NCBI RefSeq assembly: GCF_009914755.1 | Contig: NC_060928.1 | Strand: one strand, 5' to 3' | Source: the human T2T-CHM13v2.0 reference genome, Homo sapiens | Length of the DNA stretch: 64,000 bases | In this document: positions 1 to 13,422 of the stretch, in pieces | Position numbering within the stretch: position 1 is the stretch's first letter | How the letters are laid out: each line of letters begins with the position of its first letter | Made by a program: the position numbers and the translations under genes | The notes under the pieces: model-generated | The model's input: the letters and a program-made list of their open reading frames with translations, nothing else | Told to the model about the DNA's origin: nothing | Database searches by the model: none

Positions 1-305
1 ATTATCCTAAGCAAATTAATGCAGGAACAGAAAACCAAATAGTGCATATTCTCACTTATAAGTGGGAGGTAAATACTGGGTAAGCATGGACATAAAGATG
101 GCAACAATAAATTCTGGGTCCTACTAGAGTGGGGTGGGAAGAAGGTGGACGAGGATTGAAAAACTAACTATTAGGTACTATACTCACTACCTGGGTGTCA
201 GGATTGATTGTACCAAATACCTCAGCATCATGCAATATACTCATGTAATAAACCTGCACATGTACCCCTGAATCTAAAATTAAAGTTGATATCATTTTTA
301 AAAAA
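1..305 (+). mobile_element. L1 3' end (L1PA15/16-L1PB type)
   Basis: ORF2 end (attctcacttataagtgggag) and 3'UTR motif aacctgcacatgtacccctgaatctaaaat followed by A-rich tail. Confidence 0.85.
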
Positions 306-339
306 GCAAACAAATATTATATACGTGTGTGTGTGTCTT

Positions 340-1750
340 TTTAATTTCACTTGTGACTACCACTTTAATCCATGGCTTATTTAGAAGTTTAATTTCCAAA
401 TATTTAATAATTTTTAGTTCAATTATATTTTTGTCAGATAATATACATCACATGATTTCAATTCTGTTGATGTTTGTTTAATGATCCAGATATGGGTTAC
501 TAGGTGACTATCATGTGTGCACTTAAAAAGAGTGTGTATTTTGCTCTTTGGGGTGATATGTTCAATAAATGTCAGTTATGTCAAGCTGGTTGATAGTATT
601 ATTCAGGTCTTCTATAAACTTATTGATTTTCTCAATTTTTGTAGTATTGGTTACTAAGAGGCAAATGTTGCAGTTTCCAGCTCTAATAGTGGGTATGTGT
701 ATTTCCTTTTGGTTCCTATCGGTTTTTGGTTCGTGTGCATTAAAATTATGTTGTTAGGTGCAAACACATTTGGCATTACATTTACACTTATAGTAATATT
801 AATATGGTTGGATTTAAAGCTACCATGTGCTAGTTACATACTGCTCATTACATTCTATTTGCCCCACATATTCCCCATTCTTTTTTGCCTCTTTTTCTGC
901 CTTTTGAATTAACTGAATTTTTATGATATCCTTTTTTCTCCACTAATGGCTTATTAGTTAAATCTCTTAGTCTTGCCTGGTGCACCTAGAACCTGTGGTG
1001 TGTCCTTTTTAGCATTCTTGCTTCTCCTCCCAGTGGTAGCCAAACTCTGTCTTCTATCTGTGGTTGCGTTTGGGCACATGTCATGTCACCTGCCCCCTCT
1101 TGGAGGAAAAGTGGTTCTTCTGCTCAAGAGCGGTTTGTTCCTCTGCTCAAGAGTGGTCTTGTCTTTCCTCATGTAGAGAGATTTTGCTTCTACTTCAGCT
1201 TTTGAAGGAAACTGGCTAAGACGGTTTCCAATATCTTACTCAGAGCAAAAACGTTTTCCTTCTACTCCTCCCCAAGAATCAAGAGTTTTTTTCCTGCTTT
1301 GGGGAGGAGGGGTGAGAGAAATGTGTTCCCCCAGAGACTTAACACTATTGCACACTTCTCTGGTCTTTTGCCCTGTCTCAGATATTTCTCTTGAGCACCA
1401 ATGAAAGTCCACGGAAAATAACCTAGAATTGATTGCAAACTCTCTTTGTTTCTGTGGCTCCCAAGCATCTCAAACCAACTCATCTTGCTGTAATTGGGCT
1501 TTGCTAACTCACCTAAATCCCCAGCTTCTGATCGCTCATAGGTAGCCACCTTTTTCTCACACGCTTTGCCAAATCTGAAACAGCCCTGTGGCCTATCTTC
1601 ATTGGAGAGTTCTTGCTTCTCTTTGAAATTCAGTTTATTTGATGGCTTTGCCACCACTGCTCTCTGATGAGCTCAAGAAGATTAAAAATTTTTAGAGTAC
1701 CAGGCTTTTTCTCTATGGTCAGGTGAGAAAATTCAATTGGGAACCATTGT
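340..1750 (-). mobile_element. Old L1M fragments (ORF2 endonuclease region and 5' portion)
   Basis: Antisense L1 motifs such as aagagtgtgtattttgct...gtcaagctggttgatagt...ttcaggtcttctata; heavily diverged. Confidence 0.6.
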
Positions 1751-2900
1751 TCTTCTAGCGCTTTCTACTGCCAAGGAGAAGCCCAAGTCTGCTTTCTCAT
1801 GTGAGTCTAATAGGACATTTTCTTTGGTATCTTTTATTCAAGTGTGTTTCACAAAATATCTGAACTGCTAAATAGTTTTGGAAATTAGATGAGAAAAAAC
1901 AAACAAATTGAACAAAAATATTAGTCTAGAAAATGAATCCCGTTTCCCAAAATATATATGACCACAGAATTCTATATTTTGCTTGAGAAGTTTTTTTGAG
2001 TTAGGGATTCTAAGTAATGTTTTTCTCTCTCTCTTTCTCCCCCATCTTTTTTATCTCTCTTTTAATTAGAAAAATTTGACTATGTTTTGATCAATCTGTA
2101 CTTCCACTGTACTCTGATTTCTCAATAATAGTTATATAAACAAATCTTTATTTTTTGTTTTACTATCCCAACACTTTCCTAGGTAAATTTGGATGGTTTT
2201 TACTCTTCCTGAACTAGATCTATGAAGATTTACCATTAATATGTAAAAATCTGAATTTGCAAAGTATAAACCGATTACCAATAAAAATATTTTTCTGTTA
2301 TTCTACTGTGATATTTATATAAGTACTGTTAATAGTAACGATGTCTTACATTTATCTATAAAATTGTTACTCATCACAGAATAGTAAAGGTTTCTGAACT
2401 AATTGGCTATACTGACTTATACCTTAGAGTGTAAAGAACTATTATCATTGCTGAGATTATTTCTTCCTACAATTTAAACATCTATTAAATATTATAATGT
2501 TCAAAAAACTTTTGTCTATTTACAGAATTCATAAAGCCAAGAATGATTCTAGTGTCAACAATGACATCAGCATTTTGTTAGAAATATTCAAAAACAATAT
2601 TTAAGTAGAAGACACCAAAGGAAACAAAACAAATCCTTTATTTTTTTAAACATCTGAAGTTATTTTTTGTGTTGTATCTTAAACTATTCAAAAAAAGGCT
2701 GAAAGGGAATAGCTAATGTGAAACTAGGCCTTCATTTTTCATACATCTGTATGAAACCTTCACTATTCCTCTTCTGTCAAACTATTTCTTAACTAATTTG
2801 TTAGTTATCTTGTATGTTGTTCTGTATTTTAGCTTCAGTGGGCTATACGTTTGTGGGTTCTAAACGTTGTTTATCCTTTGTAGACACTTTTTCTTCATCA

Positions 2901-3260
<360 letters not shown>

Positions 3261-3918
3261 TTACTATTGAAACCTTTGAGATGCCTTTAAAAAAGTGTAT
3301 TGTTATGTTAACAATATGAATCTTAGCGGAGTACAATTTTATTATAACTTTTATCCTGGTCTTTCTGCTCTCAAGTTGTCTGTGTCTAATAAATAGATGA
3401 AGTGAGGACCCACTATATCCTGGGTACTTTAGCTAATTATAGTACCCCTTCTCAGTCTTTTGAGTTATTTTCTGAAAGCTTAAAGAACAAAACAGTGCAA
3501 GAATAATATAACAAAGATTCATGTATTAAATTCTCAACACGATTTTATCATTTTTTTCAGCTTTCTAAGAATTATTTTTAAAATAGCATATTACTAATAT
3601 TTTGGTTGCCCATTCTTTTCATTTTCTTTAATGGCATAAATAAACAACTACAATGAACTTATATTAAAACTGCCACAAGGCATCGTTGTTTGTAGGGGTT
3701 GAGAGGAAATTTTGTTGTTGCTTTATTTTAGTTGAATCTACTGACATATTTTTTCTTATGTGACTTGAGATTTTTTGCCCTGTGAATTTACCTCAGTGAA
3801 GATTGTTTTTTGTGGCAGTTCCATTTCCTAGGTGGTAAAAATGGCCCCTATGGAGTGGTTTTTGTTTTTGCCTCATCTAGTGCCCTATGGATTTCTGTTG
3901 AACCTGGCACTCCATTCC

Positions 3919-4346
3919 TGAAAAGACTCTTTCCATCAAACCTTTAGTAACTCTCCTTTGAGTACTTTCTGACCAGGTTCGACCTTAGCCTGAGAAAGAA
4001 TTCTGCTAAATCAATTTAGTGAAAATTCCCCGATCTTGGTATCTGACTACCATCTGTATCTTATTACCTCGGCCTACTTTCAGAGATAATTCTGATGAGT
4101 CGAACAAAAATTTCCCTTACTCCTGATGTTTTATCTTAGTAATTTTCCATTCATTAACTGGACCTTGCTACTTGGCTATCAATTCCCACTTGTCCATACT
4201 GTATTTGGAATTGAGTTCAATCTCGCTCCCATTGCAAGACCTCATTGCCATGGTTCCTATACCTGTTGCAATGGCACCTCTTGAATAAAGACTGCCTCAC
4301 CATCTTTAATAAGTGCCCAGAGAGGACTTTCTCCTTCCTTATTACA
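3919..4346 (+). mobile_element. ERV1 solo LTR, MER31-like
   Basis: Begins tgaaaagactct...aaacctttagt; contains aagaattctgctaaatcaatttag and AATAAA near 4285. Confidence 0.7.
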
Positions 4347-4562
4347 TCTATAAAAAGTTGGCAGGAGTTTTGTTCATTCTTCTTTAAAGATTGGGAAGTC
4401 TTTAAGATTCTTGGCTGATTTTAGGTGTGTAAGTTTTGGTTTTTTTCTTTCTGAGTAGTGTGAAGTTAGACACACCAGCTTTAGCCATTAAACCTTAATA
4501 GTTCAATGCCCCTGTGAATAATTTCAGAATAAGCCCACCAATACCTTCTGGACTTGAGCTCT

Positions 4563-4694
4563 ATTTTATTTTAAGGTAGAGATGGTGTTTCACCATGTTC
4601 CCCAGGCTACTCTCAAACTCCTGGACTCCAGTGATCCTCTTGCCTCAGTCTCCCAAAATACTGGGATTAAAGGCATGAGCCACCACACCTGGCC
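4563..4694 (-). mobile_element. Alu left monomer (FLAM/AluJ-like)
   Basis: gtagagatgg...ctcaaactcctgg...ctgggattaaaggcatgagccaccacacctggcc. Confidence 0.85.
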
Positions 4695-5896
4695 TGTATA
4701 GCTTTTTACTGCTTGCTCTAGCCATTACATTATATATACAAAGCATCAATAGATTGCACTGATATTATCATTTCACTAGTTGTAAAGAACTATAGAAATT
4801 GTACTTCCCATTACATCACTTTACCTTCCCTTATGTGAGATATAACGTCGTAAATATTTCTTTATCCTGTGGACATTTAGAATCACGTTAGACAGTTATA
4901 ATGTTTGCTTCTATCCTCAAACATAATTTAGAACACTCAATAGGAAAAGGAAAGTCAATTTTATTGACTTTTACTTTTTTGTACCATGTCCTTTCTTCCT
5001 TTCTGATGTTTCAATATTGTTTCCTTTAGCATTTTCTTTCTTTTTTCCAGACTTTCCTATAGTTATTCTTTTATGGAAGCTGTGGTTGCTACAAATTTTC
5101 TTAGGTTTCCTTCATCTGAAAATGTTTTGATGTTCCCTTAATTCTTGAAAGATATTTTCACTTGACAAAGGATTCTGGGTTGACAGTTCTTTTCTTTCAT
5201 CTCATGATATATATCGTGTTGCTTTCTTCTTGCCCTCATCGTTTCTAATGTTATGTCCATTGCCAAACAAATTGTTTTTCCTTTATAGATAAATGTTGTT
5301 TTCCTCTCATTGTTTCCCAGATTCTTTCTTCATCTTTAGTTTTGCAGAAGTTTGACTTTGATTTGTCTTGGTGTGGATTTCTTTAGCTTTATCTTGTTTG
5401 GGGTTTGCTCAGCTTCTTGAATTAGTTTATGTCATTTGTCAAATGTGCCATTTTCCACTGTTATTTTCTCAAAAACTTTTTCAGCTCCACTTGGTTTTCC
5501 TTTTCTGTCAAAGACTCAAATGACATAAATGTTAGGTCTTTTGTGGTAGTCTCACAGATGCCTAAGGATCTGGGTGTTTTTGTTGTTTTTTGTTTTGGTT
5601 TATTTACTCTGTGTTGCTTAGATTGTATAATTTTATTACTCTATCTTTAAGTTCACTGATTATTTTTTCCTTTGTCTCCTACACTATGCTACTGAGTCAA
5701 TCCATTGAGTTTTTTATTTTGGTTTTTATATTTTTTAATTCCAGAATTTCCGTTGGTTATTTTTTTACATTTTCCATTTCTTTGCTGAGACTTTCTATTG
5801 CTTTGCTGGGACTTTAGAAAAACTATTTGTTTCAAGTATGTTCATACTTGGTTACTGAAATATCTTTATCATTGCTACATTAAAATCCTTGTCATA

Positions 5897-6204
<308 letters not shown>

Positions 6205-6670
6205 TCATATAGTTCTAACATATCTATCTTATGAGGATTAGTGTCTGTGGTTACATTTTTCATTCAGTCTGTTGTCTTCCTGGTTGTTGGAATGATGAGC
6301 AGCTTCCTACTGAAACCTAGACATTTGGGGTACTAATTTGTAAGACTCTGGATCTGATTCATAGTTCTATTTTAGTTGGCTTTTTCTGACACTGCTCTGG
6401 CAGAAGTCAGAGGGCCACCATCTCATTACTGCCAGGTGGTGTCAGAAGCCTGCTTCACTGTTTCATCACTGTTGACCCTGAGGAGTTGTGCCTCCTGGTT
6501 ATGGATGAGTGAGAGGGGAGTTCTTATTCCTTAGTAGGCCACCACTCATATGGAATGTCTCATTGTTGTTGCTAAAATTACCTCCACTGACAACAGGAAG
6601 AAGGGGTCTCATTACCACTGGGTGGTAGTGAAAGTCTTGACTTTCCACTAGACTTCCTCTTATACCACTC

Positions 6671-7335
6671 TGTTTGGTAGTTAGATAGACATTAGCACAG
6701 GGTAAGAGAAGAGGGCAAAAAAGGCTGTCACTAAGGCAGACCATGGCCAGCCCACTTAAGGAGAGTCCCAGAACTGCCCTAACTCCACACTAATGGATGA
6801 AGTTCCTGGTAAAGTCTGTGGCCAGCACATCACGGAGAACGAAAAACTAGGGAAAATCTCTTAAAATGGCACAGGTCAAGTAACATAGAACTGTGTCCTC
6901 AAGTTCACCCTAAGCTCATTTACCATCATTATAATCAATTTACATGTGGTTTTACCTCCTGCCTGTGGGCTTTTCTTAACAAATTATGGGTATGAATGTG
7001 CACAGTTTAATTTTAGCTATATAACCATAAACTGCCAATCAAATGCCATCATCCTGTCACTCAGACACAGCCCAAACCACAACTCTTCCCCAGAAAACCC
7101 CCATAAAAGTCCCCTGGGTTTTGTAAAGAGGGGCTAATTTCACTTCGGGGAAATCTGTCCACTCTCCCTCTGAGGGTGTATTACTGTGCTTCAATAAACT
7201 TTGCTTTGAGCTTGCGTTTTAGTGTTTGCAATTCTTTGCTAACTATCACAAGAACTGAGATTGGTGGCCCAGAGCTTCAGCTCCATTGACCTCCTCAGTT
7301 AAAGGGTCTATCCCAATGCAGAATTCCCAGTAATA
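6671..7335 (+). mobile_element. ERV1 solo LTR (MER50/MER83/MER84 group)
   Basis: Starts tgtttggtagttagatagaca; CCAAT near 7035, TATA-like cataaaa, and tcaataaactttgc poly(A) motif near 7193. Confidence 0.65.
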
Positions 7336-7937
7336 TCTTCAGTAGGAAAAAGTAGTGGTACCTCATTATCTCCAGCGGAAGTGAAATCTAAGTTCTCCGT
7401 ATGATTTGTATTGACACTTGAGTGTAGGGAGACTCATTTCCACCTAGTGGAGAGGAAAATTCCAGCTCCCTACACAGCATTTTTTCATAGTACTTTGGGA
7501 CATAGTTGAGGTGCTTCACAATCACTTGAAAATGCTGAAAGTACAGGTTCCCCATTCAGCCTTCTCTGATTTGGGTGAATATCGTCTACATTATTTTTAA
7601 AATCTTATTTAGATGCAAGAGAGCAATTATTGTCTAAAGGTTTCTCTCTTCCTAGCTTTACCTGTCCTTGCCCTTTGGCTACAAAGAGAAAAGGGTTTAG
7701 TTGGACTTTTCTGTTTGTTTATCTGTGCTCATCATATCTGATGTTTCTGGGCTTTCTAGTTTTTGGGTTTTCTAGTTTGTCAGCTCCAAGTCTTGTTTAT
7801 ACAATGCAAATAAAATAAAATAAAATAAACCAGGGAACTCACCTATTCCTTGGTTCCTGAGGTCCCTAGCTAGTTGTCCACCTTCTCCCTACATTTCAGA
7901 CTCATGATTTTCAGACACATAATTTTCAAATTTCTAG

Positions 7938-8304
<367 letters not shown>

Positions 8305-9055
8305 CGCAGAAGTTTTTTTTTACTAATTTTAGAGTGATTCTTTGAGAGGAAAGAAGCAAGCCTAAGTGTTGTGGGTCTGAAGTTTACCTCTTCAATTATT
8401 GGAGACCGACATAAACACGCTAGAAACGTGGGTGCAAAAACGCTTTAAGGAGCTGTGGCAATTTAACTGAAGGTCAGTTATCAATTCCTAATTTCTTCAA
8501 TCATTTCCATTTCTGTCTGTGGAGTTCCAGATGTTAGCCATACCAGTAGGATGTCACAGAATAAGAATAATAAGTGTAGATGCAAGCAAAAGAAAAACAA
8601 TTTCACATAGACTTATAGAATTATAAATTGTCATTTTACAATAATTTTTAAAAAAATTTCTTAAAGTAAGAAAAAAAGATTATTTTACATTATGCACTGG
8701 CTTCTATTGTTAAAAAATAAGGAATCATTCTCTGCTTCTTCCAAATTTAAACCTATTTAGTTTTCTTGTACTTTCTAGCTCTTATTTTTGTGTCTGTCAC
8801 TTTTCACTAGTTCTTATAAATATGGCCTTCCTTAATTTGCTTTCATTTCTTACTATGGAAAATTATAAAAATGTCCATAAATGCCCTTTTGCATACATGT
8901 TATTGCAAAGTAATATTACAAATCTTCCCCTGTGCCTGTGGAAGGCAGAATTCTAAGAACTTCTCCAACACTCCTACCTCCTGCTCTGTACAGCCTATAT
9001 GATGCCTTCTTGAGTACGAGCAACATCAGTGACTATGATGAAATATTTCTCCCAT

Positions 9056-10570
9056 TGTGTCTAAAATCGTTGGGTTCTTGGTTGCACTGACTTCAAGAAT
9101 GAAGCCGTGGACCCTTGCGATGAGTGTTACAGTTTTTAAAGATGGTGTGTCTGTAGTTTGTTCCTTCTGATGTTCGGACATGTTTGGAGTTTCTTCCTTC
9201 TGGTGGGTCTGTGGTCTCGCTGGCTTCAGGAGTGAAGCTGCAGACCTTCTCAGTCAGTGTTAAGGCTCTTAAGGCGTTGCGTCGGGAATTGTTCATTCCT
9301 CCGGGTGGGTTTGTGGTCTCCCTGGCCTTAGGAGTGAAGCTGCAGACCTTTGCAGTGAGTGTTATAGCTCATAAAGGCAGTGCGGACCCAAAGAGTGAGC
9401 AGCAGCAAGATTTATTGCAAAGAACAAAAGAACAAAGCTTCCACGGTGAGGAAGAGGACTTCAGCACGTTGCTTTTGCTGGCTCTGGCAGCCTGCTTTTA
9501 TTCCTTATCTGGCCCCACCCATATCCTGCTGATTGGTCCATTTTACAGAGAGCTGATTGGTCCATTTTACAGAGAGCTGATTGGTCCCTTTTGACAGGGT
9601 GCTGATTGGTGCATTTACAATCCCTAAGCTAGACACAGAGTGCTGATTGGTGCATTTACTATCCTCTAGCTAGACATAAAAGTTCTCCAAGTCTTCACCA
9701 GATTAACTAGACACAGAGCACTGATTGGTGCATTTACAAACCTTGAGCTAGACACAAGGTGCTGATTGGTGTGTTTACAAACCTTGAGCTAGACACAGAG
9801 TGCTGATTGGTGTATTTACAATCCTTAACTAGACATAAAGGTTTTCCAAGTCCCCACCAGAGTAGCTAGTTACAGAGTGCTGATTGGCACATCCACCAAC
9901 CCTGAGCTAAACACAGAGTGCTGATTGGTGCATATACAATCCTGTGGCTAGACATAAAAGTTCTTCAAGTCCCCACCTGACTCAGGAGCCCAGCTGGCTT
10001 CGCCTGGTGGATCCTGTGCCAGAGCCGTGGGCGGAGCTGCCTGCCAGTCCCGCACTGCCGGCCTGCACTCCTCAGCCTTTGGGCAGTAGATGGAACCGGG
10101 TGCTGTGTAGCAGGGGATGGTGCCCATCGAGGGGGTTTGGGCTGCGGGGGACCCCACAGTCAGGCATGGCAGGCTGCAGATCCTGAGCCCTGCCCCGCGG
10201 GGAGGCAGCTGAGGCCCGGCGAGAATTCGAGCGTGTCCCCAGTGGGCCGGCGCTGCTGGGGGGCCTGGCGCACCCTCCGCAGCTGCTGGCCTGGGTGCTA
10301 AGCCCCTCACTGCCTAGGACCTGCCAGCCGCTCTGAGTGCGGGGCCCGCCAAGCCCGTGCCCACCCAGAACAAGCACTGGCCCGCGAGTTCCTCTCCCTC
10401 CACACCCCCCCGCAAACAGAGGGAGCCAGCTCCAGCCTTGGCCAGCCCAGAGGGTGGCTCCCACAGGGCAGAGGTGGGCTGAAGGGCTTCTCAAGCTTGG
10501 CCAGAGCGGACGCCGAGGCAGAGGAGGCGCTGAGAGCGAGCGACGGCCACCAGCACATTGTCCCCTCTCA
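9056..10570 (-). mobile_element. Full-length ERV9 solo LTR (LTR12C/D type), 1515 bp
   Basis: Minus-strand termini TGAGAGGGGACAATGTGCTGG...GACACA; U5 repeats ggagtgaagctgcagacctt; GC-rich U3; 4-bp TSD CCAT (9052-9055, 10571-10574). Confidence 0.95.
9490..9935 (-). promoter_or_regulatory. LTR12 enhancer/promoter array: 10 CCAAT (NF-Y type) boxes and a TATA-like element
   Basis: Ten copies of ctgattgg (CCAATCAG on minus) between about 9527 and 9930; ATAAGGAATAAAAG on minus at about 9495-9508. Confidence 0.8.
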
Positions 10571-11019
10571 CCATGATTAGATTATGTTATCTGGCAAAGG
10601 TGAAGGGATCTTGCAGATGCAATTAAGTCTCTAATCAGCTGACTGTGAGTTAATCAAAAAGGACATCAGTACGTTTGGACCTCACCTAATAGTGAGTCAT
10701 TTAAAAATGGTGTAGAATTAAGGGACAAGATACAGCAGCAAAAATTATCTTACTCGTCTTGAAAAAATAAGCCACCATGAATCTTGTAGTTTCAAGGAAA
10801 TAAATTCTGCCAACCATCTGGGAGCTTGAAAGACAGCCCTGAGACTCCCACACGACCCTAGCCCTGGCCCATGCTTGATTGCAGCCTTGTGAGTACTCAA
10901 GCAAAGGATCCAGTTGGCTCTGAATCTACAGAAACTGTGATGTACTAAATGCAAGTTGTTTGAAGCCACTAAGTCGTAATTTGTTATGCAATAAGAAAAT
11001 AATACATGTCTCTCTCTCT

Positions 11020-11360
11020 AGTTTGGCAATGTAACTTCCTTTGTCAATGGGATGTTGCCAAAGGTGACATGAACAGAGGCTTGAAAGCATCCTAAATAAT
11101 GGGGCTTGAAACTCTGAGATCATCATGTAGAAAAGGCTGAGCTAGTTTCCTAGGTGATGAGAAACATGGCCTAGCTATCCTCATCATCCCAGATTACGTT
11201 GCGCTAATGACCAGGTATGTGAATGTGTCCATTTTAGACAATTCAGCCCCAGCCCAGCAACCAGCTAAGCATAAACGCAATGTGGGCCAACAGAGTGCGG
11301 CTGAGCCAGCCCAGACTGAAAGTGGTTCTAAGCCACTACAATTTGGGAAGTTACTTAGAA
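11020..11360 (+). mobile_element. MLT1H-like MaLR LTR fragment
   Basis: acagaggcttgaaa, ccagcccaga and taagccacta motifs. Confidence 0.55.
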
Positions 11361-11419
11361 AAGCCCACTGATGTCTTGTGTTTCTTTGGGTCAAAAACAA
11401 ATAAACAAAAGGTACCAGA

Positions 11420-11590
11420 ATGGCTACCTGAGTTCAAATTCTACCACTGTCATTTACTAGTTACTCGACTTATATTAACCACTTTTCCCCCACCTTTAAA
11501 TAGGGTATGATATGCCTACCTTAGAGTATTTTTGTAGTGACTACAGGAAATTGATGTAATACATGTCTTAGCACATACTTTATGTCATAG
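11420..11590 (+). mobile_element. MIR
   Basis: cctgagttcaaattc...tttactag...cctacctt...cttagcaca core similarity. Confidence 0.55.
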
Positions 11591-11594
11591 TCTA

Positions 11595-12062
11595 TTCTAT
11601 GAATCAACCTGGCTAGGCCATGGTATCCAGATGTTTGATAAAACATAATTCTAGATGGTTCTGTGAAGGCATTTTTTTAGATGCAATTAACAATTAAATC
11701 AGTAAACTCTGAGTAAAGAAATTACCCTTCATAGTGGGGTTGAGCCTCGTCCAATCAGCTGAAGACCATACAAGCAAAAGGTTGACTTCTTGCCAGCAGA
11801 CCACCTTGGACTCAAACTGCAACACTTTTCTGGATGTCTTGCCTGCCAGTGTCTGTCTGTCTGTCTATCTGTCTCTTTCTTGATATATGTATAGATAAAG
11901 ATAGATAGATGTAGATATAGATATACATATCTATACAGATATACATCTCTATACATATCTATATCTACATCTATATCTATATCTATCTATGTATCTATCT
12001 ATCTACCTGCCTACCTACCTAGATCCTATTTGTTGTCTCTCTGGAGAACCCTGGCTAATACA
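11595..12062 (+). mobile_element. MLT2 (MLT2D-like) LTR containing a compound microsatellite
   Basis: tcaacctggctaggccatggtatccaga...ccaatcagctgaag; end ctctggagaaccctggctaataca. Confidence 0.8.
11849..12020. repeat. Compound (TGTC)n/(ATAG)n/(ATCT)n/(TACC)n microsatellite
   Basis: Read directly from sequence. Confidence 0.9.
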
Positions 12063-13037
12063 GTGTATATACAATGAGTAACTATCATCATTTTTCCTGA
12101 CTATAGTTGCTCAAAATATGCTGAAATAGCTCTCTGCTTAGTGATATCTGGTTCTAATCTTACCTGTCCGTGGTTTTTTCTTTGTTGATATTTGGATTGC
12201 TGAGGCAGAATACAAATGCATGTGCTGTTATCAAAGGTAAAAGATTTGTTAATAGGTGTAACCTAGTATGACAATTCACAAACATGATTGAATTTGCTAT
12301 AATCTAAAATAATTATGTTAAACAATATAAAATTTTCTACTGTAACCCACATTATTCAGTAATATTGTACATTAAATAATTTATGAATCTTTGTGATATC
12401 ACAGATAAGGATAAATTAGCTACAAGAAATCATATTTTATAATTCTAAAATGTTGAAATCATATAATAATTAGCAATTTATGACTGAACCATTTGCAAAA
12501 AGAACAATAGGTAAACCAAAATAAATTTTTCATTTTAATACATGTTTATTAATGTAAAAAAGTGACACTGGGCATATGAAATTTTAGCAGAAAAACCGTA
12601 TGCCCTATACAACTACACTTCCTTGTACAAAAAAACTACAAATCTAATTGTGGCTTTAAATTATGTTAAATATTTCACTTTGTGCTATAACTTATAATCT
12701 TATATTTTTTCTCATATTTCAGAAAAAAAATACTTCCTGAGTACTGTTTAAGTGATTGAAGGAATTTTGAAGTAGTTTCTATTTTGTAAACAATGTCTCT
12801 AGGAGAACAAACAAACCAACTTTACCAGAGGGTAGAAAACAGGGTTGGGAGCTCAGTTTGCAAATGGCCAGAACATCTCTTTTGTAATTACCAAGCAATA
12901 GTTCAACAACTTCAAACACGTAATCTAAAAAGCCCTCTTCTGAATTTTTCCCACCAAGTTATTAACTAGGTGATTTTTAAAGCAATGGGACAAAAAATTA
13001 CTTTAAGATGCAATAAAATTAGCTGTATAATGGTATG

Positions 13038-13422
13038 CAGTCACATGTCACTTAATTATGGGAATAGGTTATGAGAAATGCATCCTGAGGTGACTTGGTC
13101 CTTTCGTGAACATCACAGAATGCACTTACCTAAGCCTAGAGAGTATACCCTGTATGGTAAAAGCTATTGCTGCTAGGCTACGAACTTGCACAGCAAGTTT
13201 GTACTCCTGTACTGAATAGTGTAGGCAATTAAAACACAATGGTAACTATTTGTGCATCTAAACAAGTCTAAACATAAAAAAGGTAATGCTTTGAGCTAAG
13301 ACTAAATGAGGGCTATAACCTCACTAGGAAATAAGAATATTTCAGCTCCATTATAATCTATGAGACCATCTTTATATATGCCATCCATCCTTGACTGAAA
13401 CGTTGTTATGTGGTACCTGACT
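13038..13422 (-). mobile_element. Tigger3-family (MER7) non-autonomous DNA transposon
   Basis: Termini cagtca...tgact; gctcctaggcta-like and cagctccattataatct motifs. Confidence 0.8.

Larger units (their letters stand above)
8937..11006 (+). mobile_element. MLT1E-type MaLR LTR split by LTR12 (8937-9055 and 10571-11006)
   Basis: Start tgtggaaggcagaattctaag; end aagccactaag...aataca; sequence resumes after the CCAT duplication. Confidence 0.75.

Noticed and set aside
9527-9960. Regularly spaced ctgattgg repeats resembling a repeat-spacer array
   Set aside because: These are the known ERV9/LTR12 U3 enhancer subrepeats; the intervening sequences are also homologous to each other.
9093-10576. 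ORFs of 67-140 aa on both strands
   Set aside because: Chance frames in GC-rich LTR12 sequence.
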